Shown here one piece after another: positions 1 to 13,271 of a stretch of DNA of 64,000 bases. Each line of letters starts with the position of its first letter. Positions within the stretch are counted from its first letter, which is position 1. The notes below the pieces were generated by a model. It had not been told where the DNA came from. It ran no database searches and saw only the letters and a program-made list of their open reading frames with translations. Where the stretch lies: assembly GCA_951406725.2 (NCBI GenBank), contig OX597821.1, positions 114,142,001-114,206,000 on the forward strand, in the 5' to 3' direction. A program made the position numbers and the translations under genes. Source of the DNA: Octopus vulgaris. Lineage: Eukaryota.

Positions 1-164
1 AAGTATAATACAAAATATCTTTAGAAATAGTATTTCCGTTCGACGTGTAATAAAGAAAATTATTTAATAATAGCTGGAGAATAAAAAACCCGACTTATTA
101 ATTGATATGATGTCTTTCTTATGATAACATTGCTTTCATTTGCCAGACAAGAAAAATTTATACA

Positions 165-402
165 CGGAAATTACTAAGCAGGTAGGTGTTTTTAGGCACA
201 ATGCCACCAATCTTGGAGGATGGGGTTTGTCGATCACATCAACCCCAGCGCTCACCTGGTACATAGTTTATCGACCTCCGAAAGGATGGAAGGTAAAGTC
301 AACCTGCTCGGAATTTAAACTCAGAACGTAAAAAACAAAAAGGAAGGAAAATGCTAAGCATTTTGCCCGTGGTGTTAACGATTCAGCTAGCTCGCCGTCT
401 TA
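165..402 (-). mobile_element. SINE family B, diverged copy
   Basis: Reverse complement of the GGCGAGCTGGCAGAA...GAGTTCAAATTCCGCCGAGGTCGAC motif set seen at 7864, 36466 and 58412. Confidence 0.7.
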
Positions 403-447
403 GACGCTACACAGGTCTGTAAAATTATAGACTTTGACTAATTGCTA

Positions 448-2971
448 CCGTATTTGCAAGCGCATTGTACGCATCCTCACATAAGACGTATCCCTCTTTT
501 AGAAGGATATTTTGTGGGGAAAAAAGACAATTTTAGTATGCTTCATCATACATTTATTGAAAGATACTTTAAAGTATTGGGTTGTCCGGAAAGTTCGTGC
601 CGATTTATAGTAGCTTACCTTTCGACTTATTTTAGAACATGGTTGAGTTCATAAAATAGGACTTGACAACACCTCCATTTAGAGCACAGTTTAAGCTATC
701 TTTTCGTGGAAGAAGGTTTATGTTCCTATAACCTGTGTTAATTCTGTAACCCTTTAAAATGGAAGATAAGAAAGTTCATTTTAGGCACTTGATGCTTTGG
801 GAACCAGACAAAAATTGCTACAGCTCGGCTGGGATGTGTTACCCCACCCTCCATATTCACTAGATATTGCTCCTTCGGATTTTCACTTATTCAGGTCTCT
901 GCAGAGTAGTCTTAAGGGTAAAAATTTCAATTCCTTGGATGACGTAATACGATACCTTGATGAATTCTTTGCCATGAAACCACCTCAATGCTGGGAAGAG
1001 AGTATTTTCAAGTTAAAGAAAAGATGGAGACGCATTGTGCAACAAAATGGTTCATATTTGATTGATTTAAAATGTAATGGCAAGTATTTATTGACCTTTT
1101 TCTTGCCTTTAAAAATCGGCACGAACTTTCTGGACAACCCAATAGTTTTGTAGGGAGAATTGTATGATTCTGTGCATGAAATACAATGTTGTGATAATAT
1201 ACTGGAATAGAGTATAAAATCACATGTAGCTTAATATTCAGCTTGAAATTAAATTAAATTAAATTTGCCAGAACAGAAAAGAAATATACATTGGTATCAA
1301 TGAAGCCTGGTCCATGCAAACAAAAAGCAAATATACTTATAAAAACTGGTAAAAACCAATCAGCAAAGGACGTTAAATGTGATGAGTTCCTATTAATAGT
1401 TACAGTTACTCTTTCTCACTGCTGCCATCCATATTACCTGGAATATGGATGGAATTCTCTGCAATGGGATCTGAGTCATCAATATCTTCTTCAAACAATC
1501 AATCATCCTCAATACCATCAAGGGTATTACTAATGTCACATTTTAAAAATGATTTCACAACTACCTCTTCTTTTGCCGTAGTCTATGAACTTTTTACCCA
1601 TTCACACACCTGTGTTTTTGAAGGCCTCTTCCTTCTTCAGGTTGGTGTCACTTCAAAATCTGAAAACTGCATCCACTTGCTCCACTCCTCCCGCATAAAT
1701 CTTTTAAATGGTTTATTTTAAACATCTAAAGGCTGTAAGCGGTTGGTTAGGCCTCCAAGAAATACAACTAACTGGGTCTTCAGTTCTCCAAGTTTCCTCT
1801 TAACAAGCTCAGTTCTATGAGCCCGAAACTGGTCCCAAACTAATAAGGCAGGTTTCTTTAATAGCCCACCAGGACACCTGGACCACACTTTATCAAGCTA
1901 CAATTTCATTCTTCCTTCATCCATCCAACATTTGTGTGGACATGAACATAAATGCCATTAGCTATCCTTTCTTTAAGCAATGTCTTAAAAATTTAAAAAA
2001 AGGTGATAGTTTTGTGCCATCAACGCAGCATGCCAATACAACTGTGTAGTGTGTCTTTTCATGACCACATATTTTAAGTCACAGTTTTAGCACCCTTGGA
2101 TTCTGCTGTCTTCTTTGATGACACATAAAATGTCAAAGAAACTTTGTCCATATTTGCTATCTGTGAAAGTTCAAAACTAACTTCTTTTCTTGTATTAATG
2201 ACATCCCTGATCTTCGTATTCAAGGGGCATTTTTGTGCTAAGGCCTCATACAGAGGTTATTTCTCCACGTAGATCTGGAACACCATGATGTTGACCCTTT
2301 AAGGTCATTGATATCTTTGTCTATTGCTATAAGTCTTGAATGGAACATAAACATTTTAGCGGGTACTGAAAGCCCGATCTTCTTTGGTCTAAAACCTATG
2401 TTTTTAATTCTTCTAGTTCAGGCCACTTTACAACTCCCCTACAGAGGCAGTACATTTAGAAGCTCTCAGTTGCTCTTCTTGTTTCCTTCAAATCTCTACC
2501 ATTTTCTCGGTTTGTGGTGAAAAATACCGAGCAGCTGATCTATTACCATGATCTTTTGTGTATGCTACGACATCTAGTTTTAATTTGATGTTATAACAGT
2601 CCTTTTTTTGTTTTTCAGCCATGGGTTTGGACTCTGTAAATGAACTTACCGTTACGTTATGATGCGAGCTTCCCTCATAACTGCCGGCGTATCGTAAGCA
2701 ATTTTGCGTAAGTTTCTGATAGACTATAATAATTCGGCTTGTTTTCAATATTTCATTAGTAACACAATTTACTGTAATAGTTAGTCTTGCTTTCATTATT
2801 TTATTATTAGTAACAATTTTTATGCTTAGGGAACTAACCCAGTATGCTCGTCCGGCTCCATATCCTACGGTACTCGGTCTCCTATCAGTAATACGGCTGC
2901 ATTAGACGCAGGGCAATTTTTTTATACATTTAAAAATAAGAAAAGTTCGTCCAATCTGCCGGCAAATACGG
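448..2971 (-). mobile_element. pogo-type DNA transposon (POGK/Tc2-like, Brinker-type DBD + DDE), decayed
   Basis: TIRs CCGTATTTGC / GCAAATACGG flanked by TA; minus-strand N-terminus MAEKQKKDCYNIKLKLDVVAYTKDHGNRSAARYF; DDE remnants IANMDKV, LLVWDQFRAH, GGLTNRLQPLDV*NKPFK broken by stops/frameshifts. Confidence 0.85.
577..1142 (+). mobile_element. Internally deleted mariner element nested in the pogo element
   Basis: TIRs TTGGGTTGTCCGGAAAGTTCGTGCCGATTT / AAATCGGCACGAACTTTCTGGACAACCCAA with TA TSD; MEDKKVHFRHLMLW (ATG 759) joined directly to C-terminal LGWDVLPHPPYSLDIAPSDFHLF. Confidence 0.92.
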
Positions 2972-3309
2972 TAATTAGTTTGGTTGACAAACTTGATTTA
3001 ATTGGTTAACAATGATATCAAAAATTAAATGACCAAAAATTTTTAATAGACTTTATAAATGTTTCTCTCCTTTATATAAAATATAGTTTTTTAACATGGT
3101 ATCGTCGAATCGATTGTATTGATTGGTTCCGCTGTCAAATTGGTAGTTTGTATTTCGACCAGAGGAACGGATGTTAAAGCCGATAAAAGAATTTATTTTC
3201 AAAACAATGAAATCACCAACAACAACGCCTTCCATATTTAATAACACGTCAACAAAGAAGCTTCTTCCTGGTGGCCTGACCTTCTAGAAATAGCAGCCAA
3301 ATCAATTAT

Positions 3310-3692
3310 ACATCTCCTGTTAGAGCATGCGTGTTCATAACACACGTGATTCATAAATGTAAGAAGATTTTGAGACACCGCGATGTTTCGACCTTATTGA
3401 ATGTCTCCTCAGTCGAAGCTATCTCTGGACCAATGAAACTAACAACGGAACAGGCTCTTATTAATAGACATGGGGAAATAAATTATTTGCTGATGCCTGC
3501 TGGTGTCTGCCAAACTTAAAATTCAGGTGTGAACGGAGCACAGTAAGAATTCGAACAATAACGTATCTAGCCATTCCAGGGATGAGTTTCACTGAAAAGA
3601 CATAAGTAAGGTCTAAACATCACGGTGTCTTAAAATCCACTTACATCAATCGATCACGAGTATTCTGAACAAACATCGCCTAAAAGGAGATG
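3310..3692. mobile_element. Old fold-back element (diverged inverted arms ~3310-3417 / 3587-3692), probable Penelope-like pLTR remnant
   Basis: Diverged inverted arms, each containing a hammerhead-like motif. Confidence 0.6.
3368..3417 (-). ncRNA. Minimal type-I hammerhead ribozyme, canonical core
   Basis: UUCGA-CUGAGGA-GAC(loop)GUC-GAAAC-AUCGCGGU-GUC-UCAAA. Confidence 0.75.
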
Positions 3693-3903
3693 TTCTCCAA
3701 TTTTAAAAAGAACAGCGACTAGCATATTCATGTTCGAATCTGCCAGAACTTATTGAGAATGAATAATTATATTAATTTTTTTCCTTAAAATGATTAAAGC
3801 ATCAAAGGTTTATCATAATTAAAATATGAACACAACACCGCTTGTTAAGCGGTAGTAGCAGACAAACACAGGCACAAAGGCAAACACACACACGCAGAGG
3901 CAC

Positions 3904-3978
<75 letters not shown>

Positions 3979-4000
3979 CATACATACATACATACATACA

Positions 4001-4031
<31 letters not shown>

Positions 4032-4418
4032 GAACGTCCGCAATAATGCTATGATACTTAACATAACATGAAAGCAATTTTAACTCATTAATTTTTTTCT
4101 TTAATTTTGTGCTGGCTAAACGTTGAAGATGTGAAAATTATGATTATTTAGGAGAGACACATGCAGTGTGCATCTTCTGCAGAATGTGTGTGGTCTCGTC
4201 TTGTATAGTTATCACTGTCCAATGTATGCCGTGAGTTTTATCAGTTGCAGACATGCTAGGGATTCTTCTAAATAAACATTACCAGAAAATTAGTAATAGA
4301 TGCACACAATTTTGTTTCATAATATACACACGAAAATATGTATGAACTACTTTATGCGTCTATATGTATATATATGTGTATCTACAAAATATATCAGGTA
4401 TGTATGTATGCATGCATG

Positions 4419-4462
<44 letters not shown>

Positions 4463-4501
4463 CATGCATGCATACATACATACCTGATATATTTTGTAGA
4501 T

Positions 4502-4547
<46 letters not shown>

Positions 4548-4671
4548 GTGTGTGTATGTGTTTGTGTGTCTGTCTGTCTGTCTATATATACGGACATATA
4601 TACACACACACAAATACATACATATATATGTATATATATATATATACACACATACATACAGACATACACAC

Positions 4672-4708
<37 letters not shown>

Positions 4709-4779
4709 TATATAGATAGATATAGATATAGATATAGATAAACATATATATATAACGCTTATATGTATATATATATATG

Positions 4780-4810
<31 letters not shown>

Positions 4811-4811
4811 G

Positions 4812-4865
<54 letters not shown>

Positions 4866-5271
4866 CATGATTTTTTATTTGTCTTAATGACTCGAGCCCT
4901 ACACGTATGAATAAATGGATGTATGGCAGTATCCATGTATATAAGTATAAACACACACTCACACACACACATGCGCGTGTGTGTATGTGTGTGTGTGTGT
5001 GAGTGCGTGTGCACACGCACATCTATTTTAATAGTCACTCATAATTAGCTCTACGTACAATATAAGCGCACGGCGTGTGCACAGTAAACCAGTAAGCCTA
5101 ATATTTTCCTTCAGCTAACAGTTCCGCCCAAGATAATTATCCCGATATTCGCCTTATTATAAATTTAACAAAATTTAAATACCAATTCTGACACAAATGT
5201 GCGAAACTTTTTTTTGTGTGTGTGACTATAACACAGACTAATCCATCACTTCCTGGTTAATATTTGCTCAC

Positions 5272-5272
5272 C

Positions 5273-5353
<81 letters not shown>

Positions 5354-5366
5354 GGTGGAGGTGGTG

Positions 5367-5419
<53 letters not shown>

Positions 5420-5434
5420 TGTGGTGGTGGTGGT

Positions 5435-5465
<31 letters not shown>

Positions 5466-5481
5466 GTGGTGGTGGTGGTGG
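5272..5481. repeat. Compound trinucleotide microsatellite (AGT)n(GGT)n(AGT)n(GGT)n(TGT)n(GGT)n
   Basis: Directly visible. Confidence 0.97.
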
Positions 5482-5694
5482 TTTCTTTTATTCAAGTGTC
5501 ATTTCATTTTTTTACTTCTCTTATATTTGTAATAGTTCTTTTGTTGGTAGGCGTATGGGTGGTTGTATGTCACCACTCCACTTCATAATTGTTATTCACG
5601 TACTTTGTTAATTAAACGAGTGATTATGTCATCAGTAAGCGTTGACGATATCCCCCATTCAACTATATTCTGTAGTGTAACTTAGATTGATTAT

Positions 5695-5860
5695 TTTACT
5701 AGATACGTCCCTCTTCATTAAATACGTGACGAAATATGCTGGTACTTCGACCTGTGTATTTCTCGCCCTTAAACAAGTAAGGAGATATTCTGGAATTTCG
5801 TGGTATGTATCTCCCATTATTAGATACGTGACGAAATATTCTGTTACCACGAGACGTGCA
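5695..5860. repeat. Degenerate ~60/120 bp tandem repeat (ATACGTGACGAAATAT core)
   Basis: Recurrent CATTA..ATACGTGACGAAATAT and AGATATTCTG words. Confidence 0.55.
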
Positions 5861-5906
5861 TTTCTTATCAAAAGATAATAGTACCTTGTATTCCTTCAGG
5901 TATATA

Positions 5907-7196
5907 CGAGGGACGTTCAATAAGTAATGCCTCTGACCCACTTGCACTTGTTTGATCTAGCTGAAATTTTGCATGTGCAATCATTTATATCTCTATAGAG
6001 TGAGTGGCAAATTACAGCTCTGAATTAATTGTGGTTTCTGATTTACAGGTGTTTGAACCAAGTCAAGTGTGAAATGGAGCCTGTTGAGTGTCGAGCAGTG
6101 ATCCGGTTTTTGCATTTGAAAGGACGCACACCACGGGAGACTTTTGATGAAATGAAAGTAACTTATGGTGATGATGCCCCATCATATGAACTTGTAAAAC
6201 TCTGGCATCGTGAATTCAAACATGGTCGGAACTCTGTGGAAACAGCTCCCAGATCTGGTCGCCCCTTCTGCCATTGATGAGGCATCTGTCCGTCAAGTTG
6301 AGGCTGCCATTTTGGAAGATCGACGCATAACTATTCGCCAAATAGCCCATGAGGTCAACATTAGTATCGGGTCTATAGAAACTATCATTCATGACCATTT
6401 GAATATGCAAAAGGTGTCTGCCAGATGGATTCCCAGGTTGCTCACGCCTTTCCAGAAGTAAGAACGGGTCGAGTGCTCGAGGGTGAATTTGGAGATGTGT
6501 CAAGAAGATGAGTCAAAATTTTTCAAAAGACTGATTACACAGGATGAAACCTGGGTCCATCACGATGATCCAGAGACCAAAGCCCAGTCAATGCAGTGGA
6601 AGCACCGTGACTCACCTCCTCCAAAGAAGGTAAGGATGCAGCCCTCCGCTGGTAAGGTCATGCTCACAGTCTTCTGGGACCAGGACGGAGTAGTGATGAC
6701 AGATTTCCTGGCAAAGGGTACCACAATTGCAGGAGCCTATTATGCTTCACTTTTGAGGAAATTAAGAGAAGCTATCAAAATCAAGAGGCGGAGCAAGATC
6801 AGCAAAGGCATCCTCCTCCTGCAGGACAACGCTCCGGTCCACAACTCGCTTGTCGCCAGATCAGAAGCACAGGCGTATGGCTATGAACTCCTCCCCCATC
6901 CCCCTACTCTCCTGACCTTGCACCCTCTGATTTTCACCTCTTCCCAGTCATGAAGTTGTTTTTGAAAGGAAAGCGTTTCCCAGATGATGCAGCCTTGATT
7001 TCTGAAGTCGCGTTCAGGTTGGAGGACCAAGCTGGGGTCTTCTACAAAAACGGTCTCCAGAGCTGCATCAAACAATGGGAGAAATGCGTAACTCTGGGTG
7101 GTTCCTATGTAGAAAAAGACTAATAACTGTGCCAAGTTTCGTTGCTCTACTGTTATGGGAAGTGGGTCAGAGGCATTACTTATTGAACGCCCCTCG
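5907..7196 (+). mobile_element. Full-length mariner (DD34D-type) element, 1290 bp
   Basis: TIRs CGAGGGACGTTCAATAAGTAATGCCTCTGACCCACTT / AAGTGGGTCAGAGGCATTACTTATTGAACGCCCCTCG, TA TSD. Confidence 0.96.
6074..7123 (+). pseudogene. Mariner transposase pseudogene
   Basis: MEPVECRAVIRFL, WIPRLL, TQDETWV, LQDNAPVH, PDLAPSDF motifs; frameshifts near 6265 and 6905, stop at 6459-6461. Confidence 0.93.
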
Positions 7197-7863
7197 TATT
7201 TCTCATCGTTAAATAAATAACGAGTTCTGTTGCTGTCTTGAAGCGCAACAGACAACGTTTGTTTTATGTTCAATATATATATCGGTGTAAATTCCATAGA
7301 AAATGGTAATCCACACATGAGCCGAAACTAAGACAGCAAAGCTTTCACTTCACCTGCCCTGCTAATATCCTTGAGAAACCTATTAACAGTCCCTCTATAA
7401 GAAATGTCTTGCTTCGCAAAATTGTTTCACTTTGCTAAATTTATTTGGAGTCAGGTTATGTCATGCTGGTGATTTCAAATAAGAATGAAATGGCTCTATA
7501 CATCACCACTCATGATTAAAATTTTAAGATTTTGGTAATAAGGAAAAAGTAACATTGAGCATATATAATCTATGTATCATCTTTTGTCTTCGATTTAAAA
7601 TTCGACTTTCTAATCCCACATAGATTTATCAACAAATGATCATCTCCCTTTTAATAATTGCCCTCTAGGACACGCCATGTGATTAAAATATCCCATCTCT
7701 CCAGCAGTGGGATGGATGGAATTAAACTATAGAATAATAATTAATCCCATGTCGAAGCAACATAAAACTGAGTTACTCACAATGCTAAAATGACTTTGAC
7801 AAAAACATGTCGGAGGGGATTCTCATACCATCATATATGTGAAAATTGTATGAGATTAATGAT

Positions 7864-8093
7864 GGCGGCGAGCTGGCAGAAACGTTACCACGCCGGGCAA
7901 AATGCCTAGAGGTATTTCGTCTGCCGCTACGTTCTAAGTTCAAATTCCGCCAAGGTCGACTTTGTCTTTTATCCTTTCGGGATCGATTAAATAAGTACCA
8001 GTTACGCACTGGGGTCGATATAATCGACTTAATCCGTTTGTCTGTCCTTGTTTGTCTTCTCTGTGTTTAGACCCTTGTGGGTAGTAAAGAAAT
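7864..8093 (+). mobile_element. SINE family B
   Basis: GGCGGCGAGCTGGCAGAAACGTTA head, B-box-like AAGTTCAAATTCC, body shared with other copies. Confidence 0.85.
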
Positions 8094-10249
8094 ATGTATG
8101 AGATTAATATAAGATTTGTGAATTTCATTCCTATAAATTGTAGCTGGAAATGATATCTTTTATGGTATCATTACAAATCATTAATGAGACGATGTATTGG
8201 ACTCGCCCCCGTTACAACACGAGGATATTGTATAAGCGAACAATTGATCTATTGATAACACAAAATATATTCTGAATGAATTTACAGGGTAGGCTAAAAG
8301 TCAAGCTGCGATACATTGGCATAATCTGGTGACTTTAGCTGTTATACCAACTTGTTTATAGTTCGTGTCTTTCGGCTAATTTTCTGTAAACTGAAGCAGA
8401 TTCTTGTCATTAATTTAATATATTTGACGCAATATTAATCACGGTAATTAACTCCCTTGGTAATAATTCACAAAAGCAAATGAAGATTCTTGTACTTCAA
8501 CGGTTCTCGCCATTGATTTCTCGAAGATAGTTTAGAAGGTCTGTGAATCGAATTCAAAATTTGTTAAATAGACAAGCCTTTGAAAAACCTAGAATCAGCG
8601 GGAAAATTTATCTAAATAGAAACGGTCATTGTTATTGAAAAGATTAGAAATTAGAACTCTATCGTAGTACTCAACCAACTAGAATCTAAATTTCTTTTAA
8701 ATCATGTCCTGTTGTCTTACAGACGGGAAGAACTCAGTAGAAAATTTAGTTTTACATAAGTCTAACAATAAGGGATAACTTGGTCTGCTCACTTAGGATT
8801 TACTCCTAGTGAAACAGCAACAACAATGGCGACGCACCAACTTTACAGGCTTTAGATTTAAAAACGAAATAGATGAAATATTACATCGTATATTACGGAT
8901 TATATCTTGATTTGTAAATGTGTATTTTGAGTCTTATTCTTTTACTACCAACGTAAAAAGAACCAAAATACTGGCTGCATTCCAGTATCTGAAATAAATA
9001 CAAATAAGAAAAAACTTCCTCAATGAATATATACAAACTATAGAAGATGAGTCGATTAGATATCCATAAAAATATTAATTTACATTCTCGAAATAAAAAC
9101 TTGTGCTGGATTGCCAAAATAATTTTTTTTTTTATCCTAACAAATTTATAGTTTTAGAGTTCATATTATTTATATCAAAAATTTTTATTTCCCTCTGATA
9201 TATAACATAAAATTGCTGATCTTTAAACCAGGAATAGCAATCAACAGAAATTAATGTTAACGTTTAAAAACTATTTTAAACATCGTTCTGAATGAACTAG
9301 ACGTAGGGAGTATATTTCCTGCCAGATATGTCGAGATATTTTAAGGTAGAAACTAAGTGTACACGAAATATTTACTGCTGCGTTGTGTGACTGACGTATA
9401 AACATCCGAAGAAATTAGCGGTGATGTTTAAGTCACTCGCATAAAATGTTCGAAATACCTCAGGAATATTTATAGAAGTGTACAGGAGTAATGAAAGTTC
9501 ATGTTTTAAGAAATAGACTTTGTTTAAATAACTCCAAGTCACGCCATTCCTGACATAAATGGTAATTATCATAAAGCTCTCAGTAAATTTTGATTTCTGA
9601 TATTGTTTTTTTTTCCATTGATTGCTCTCTCGATTCACTGTTCCCTTTTTTCCCTTGTGAATATTATAATGATATTGATTTTTTATCGAATATTAGCATC
9701 TTTTACCTTTTACTCGTTTTAGTCATTGGACTGCGCCCATGCTGGGGCACCGCATTCAAGGGTTTTGTATGGTATTTGAATTAGTTACTTTTACTGAATC
9801 GCCAAGTGACAGGGACGTAAATAAATTAACACCAGTTGTCAAGCACAAATACAGATTTTCACACACACGCACACATCGATTATATTCGAAATTTTCCAAA
9901 TGTTGTGGTTGTGGGTATAAAATAGTTTGATTATCTTTATGCATAACAGAGCCAGTCTAATCGATAGGGTGCTTACCGATTACGTTTGCTTGGTTGCACG
10001 TCCTCCTACTCATATTTCAACAGTAAAGTTAGCGCCACTCGAGCGACTCTAGATAATTCTCCGCAATTATTGCGATTCCAGTAATCGAATCAACCACGCA
10101 CATAATATCAAACATGAGAAATCATATGTCCATGCTGCGAACCATACTTGCCGTCGAAATATTGACGGAAGACTAAGTAAATGTATGTAAATGCACAAGA
10201 TTTGGCTGGAATTGGGAAATACAATCATTTAGACATTTAATAACACGAG

Positions 10250-10552
10250 AACATTGTGAGTGTTTATTGAGCGAAAACACCTAAAGCTCCATGAAGCTCC
10301 AGCAGAGGGTAGTGGCGGACCCTGCTGTACTCTTTCACCACAACTTTCACTCTTTTTGCCTCTTTCTGTTATACTTGTATTTCAAAAGGGTCAGCCGTGT
10401 CACACTCTGTGTCATGATGAATCTCCCCGAAAACTATGTCAAGGGTAAACGTGTCTGTGGAATGCTCAGCCACTTGCACGTTACTTTCACGAGCAGGCTG
10501 TTCTGTTGATTGGATCCACTAGAACCCTCGTCGTCGTAACCGACGGACCGCC
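10250..10552 (+). mobile_element. SINE family C, 5'-truncated
   Basis: Similar to 11697-12077. Confidence 0.8.
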
Positions 10553-10586
10553 ACGATATGTGTGTGTGTGTGTGTGTGTATGTGTG

Positions 10587-10621
<35 letters not shown>

Positions 10622-10629
10622 GAGACAGT

Positions 10630-10830
10630 GTGACCGCGTGTATATCGTTCGCGATTTTCTTTCTCCGTCTTCCCTTCTTTGGACTCTTTCTATATTTCTG
10701 ATGAAGAGCTCCGCTCGAAACGTGAAATCCTCTTCCTTTTCTTTCTTTTCCCGAGCGTCCAATAACACTGTACTTATCCCACGTCCTCGCTTTGTTGTTG
10801 TTTGTTGCTTATTTATGTTTGGATTGACTA
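10630..10830 (+). mobile_element. Short hammerhead-bearing repeat (Penelope pLTR-like) between (GT)n and (TA)n
   Basis: AUUU-CUGAUGA-A-GAGC(UCC)GCUC-GAAAC-GUG-AAAU at 10694-10728; homologous copy at 57676-57866 (-). Confidence 0.7.
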
Positions 10831-10843
10831 TATATATATATAT

Positions 10844-11135
10844 ATATCCGTAAAATAATATATGACAATTATACAATAGCCAAGATAAAACTCTGAGTTT
10901 CGGATGCCGAGGTTGAATTCCACAACACCATCTCTTCGGTTATCTGGCCATCTGAAAAACCTTTTGATAGGTCGTTCTATATATCTGTATTTTTTAGATG
11001 GCCAGAAAACCGAAGAGATGGTGTTGTGGAATTCCACCTCGGCATCCGAAACTCAGAGTTTTGTCACATATTTTACGGATAATTTCCTCTATTTATTGAG
11101 GTTTCTTTTTTTCTTTTGTTATCTTACCGTTTTTA

Positions 11136-11140
<5 letters not shown>
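10844..11140. mobile_element. Fold-back hammerhead element in (TA)n
   Basis: Inverted arms ~10845-10955 / 10990-11081 plus unique tail; tail homologue at 60712-60777. Confidence 0.8.
10879..10948 (-). ncRNA. Minimal hammerhead ribozyme, U4C core
   Basis: GCCAGAUAA-CCGAAGA-GAUG...CAUC-C-GAAAC-UCAGA-GUU-UUAUCUUGGC. Confidence 0.7.
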
Positions 11141-11180
<40 letters not shown>

Positions 11181-11186
<6 letters not shown>

Positions 11187-11615
11187 AAACAAGTCAAAAT
11201 AGAAAATGCTAAAATAATTTTATAAAGAACATTTCAGTACCGGTTTCGGTCATTTTGAGACCTTTTCAACTGTAACGATTAAATAATTAAATTTAGAAAA
11301 ATTAAAAGAAAAGTTTTTTTAAAGGAATATTTGTATAGTGTTCAAATATAAGTGGCATTCTGCCTTTCTCTGTCTCCCTTGTTTGCACTTGTGTGTTCGA
11401 GGCCGTTGTGAATTCTTGGTAGGGTAGAAGAAGAAGAAGGTTGATGAGGAGAGGGCTGGAAAAGTTTGGGAGTGCCTTGATGGTCGTATTTTGAATGGTC
11501 AGTGGCGGCTAGCAGTTGCAGTTCAATTCAGGAGAATATTTCTATTGAAAGGTTTCTTTATGGAATTTGCGTAGGTGTTATACTAAAAAGCATTAGTGAT
11601 AAATCGACTAAAAAT
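11181..11615 (-). mobile_element. Penelope-like 3' fragment with U3-A8 hammerhead (11233-11275)
   Basis: Homologous to the arms of 61255-62137; UUACAG-UUGAAAA-GGUC..GACC-GAAAC-CG-GUA-CUGAAA. Confidence 0.75.
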
Positions 11616-11696
11616 ATTTTTAAAAGTTTTTTTTTACTCCCCTCACACAAGAGTACGTCCAAAAAGTTCAATTCTTAAAACCATGGTAGGTTAGAG

Positions 11697-12077
11697 GAGG
11701 CGCAATGGCCCAGTGGTTAGGGCAGCGGACTCGCGGTCGTACGATAGCGGTTTCGATTCCCAGACCGGGCGTTGTGAGTGTTTATTGAGCGAAAACACCT
11801 AAAGTTCCACGAGGCTCCGACAGGGATGGTGGTGATCCCTGCTGTACTCTTTCACCACAACTTTCTCTCACTCTTACTTCCTGTTTCTGTTGTACCTGTA
11901 TTTCAAAGGGCCGGCTTTGTCACTCTCTGTGTCACGCTGAATATCCCCGAGAACTACGTTAAGGGTACACGTGTCTGTGGAGTGCTCAGCCACTTACATG
12001 TTAATTTCACGAGCAGGCTGTTCCGTTGATCGGATCAACTGGAACCCTCATCGTCGTAACCGACGGCGTGCTTCCAG
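11697..12077 (+). mobile_element. Full-length tRNA-derived SINE family C with 12-bp TSD
   Basis: A box TGGCCCAGTGG, B-box-like GGTTTCGATTCC; TSD GGTAGGTTAGAG at 11685-11696 and 12078-12089. Confidence 0.92.
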
Positions 12078-12097
12078 GGTAGGTTAGAGTCCATGAG

Positions 12098-12287
12098 CAA
12101 AAAGAATTTCACAAAATCAATTCAAACACACCTGTGGCCATTTCGGGAGTTCATTAAAAGTGCATTTAAAGTGCATCACGGCAACGACCCCCTTATCATG
12201 ATACACTTTAAATGTAATCGAACCGTGGTAGTGAACTCCCGAAATGGTCATAGGTGTATTTGAATTGATTTTGTGGAACTCTTTTTG
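12098..12287. repeat. Imperfect fold-back inverted repeat
   Basis: CAAAAAGAATTTCACAAAATCAATTCAAA...GGGAGTTCA vs TGAACTCCC...TTTGAATTGATTTTGTGGAACTCTTTTTG. Confidence 0.85.
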
Positions 12288-13221
12288 TGTGTGTGAGTGT
12301 GTGTCTGTGTACACGTTTGTGTGTGCATATTCATGTGTATGTTTGTGTGTGTGTATTTGCGTGTTTCTTAGCGCGTTTGTGTGTGAGTGATTATGCATGA
12401 ATATATGTGCGCTTTTGTGGAAGCTGTACGTCTGTATGTATGTGCCCGTGCGAATGTACGTGTGTTTGTGTGTGCGTGTGTGTATGTATGTGCATGCATG
12501 TATGTTTGTGTTCGTGTGCGTGAGTGTATGTGAGTGTGAGTACGTATGTGTATGTATACGAGTTTGAGCATGCATGCATGTATGTGTGAGTGTGTATGAG
12601 TGCAAGAGTGCGTGAACACGTGTGTATACGTGTGCGTGTGTGTGTGTGTGTGTTCGCATGCATGCATACGTATATGTGTGTGCGTGTATGTATGTGAATC
12701 AATGTGTATGTAAGTGTGTGTGCACGTAGAAGTGTGTGTTTTTGCGTGTGTTTGTGTGTGTGTTTGTGTCAATATGTATGTGTGTATGTGTGCGTGTCTG
12801 TGTGTGTGTGTGTGAGTGTGTGTGTGTGTGTGAGACGTGGTGACTTGCATAAAACTTATTCAATGACGTCCAGACAATTTATTCCTCACATTCTCAATAA
12901 AAACCACAAAGTCTTCGCATTCTAAAACGCCCCGACATATCCCACCTATTCCAAACACCTCGGCATTTCTCTATATTACCATAGAATTCAGAAAAAACAA
13001 AAACACCCCGACGTTCGCCATAGAATTCAGAAAAAGCTCGGATGAAGAATCCAGACTTTATATTCATTAATTTTAAATAGTTGTGGGAAAAACTTGTAGA
13101 ACTTGATCTGCTGAGCTCAGCATTCTTACAAGTTTCGGCTGAAACTCTCTTCTATTTTGCATCATAATATATTTGCTTTATCTCCGGTTGGGACCTATTG
13201 TTGTTGTTGTTGTTGTTTTTA

Positions 13222-13271
<50 letters not shown>

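Noticed and set aside
11697-11770. tRNA-like sequences (also 20166, 35481, 44276)
   Set aside because: SINE heads lacking a proper acceptor stem and continuing into SINE bodies
13105-13155. CUGCUGA...GAAACUC motif
   Set aside because: Stem I and III pairing not supported
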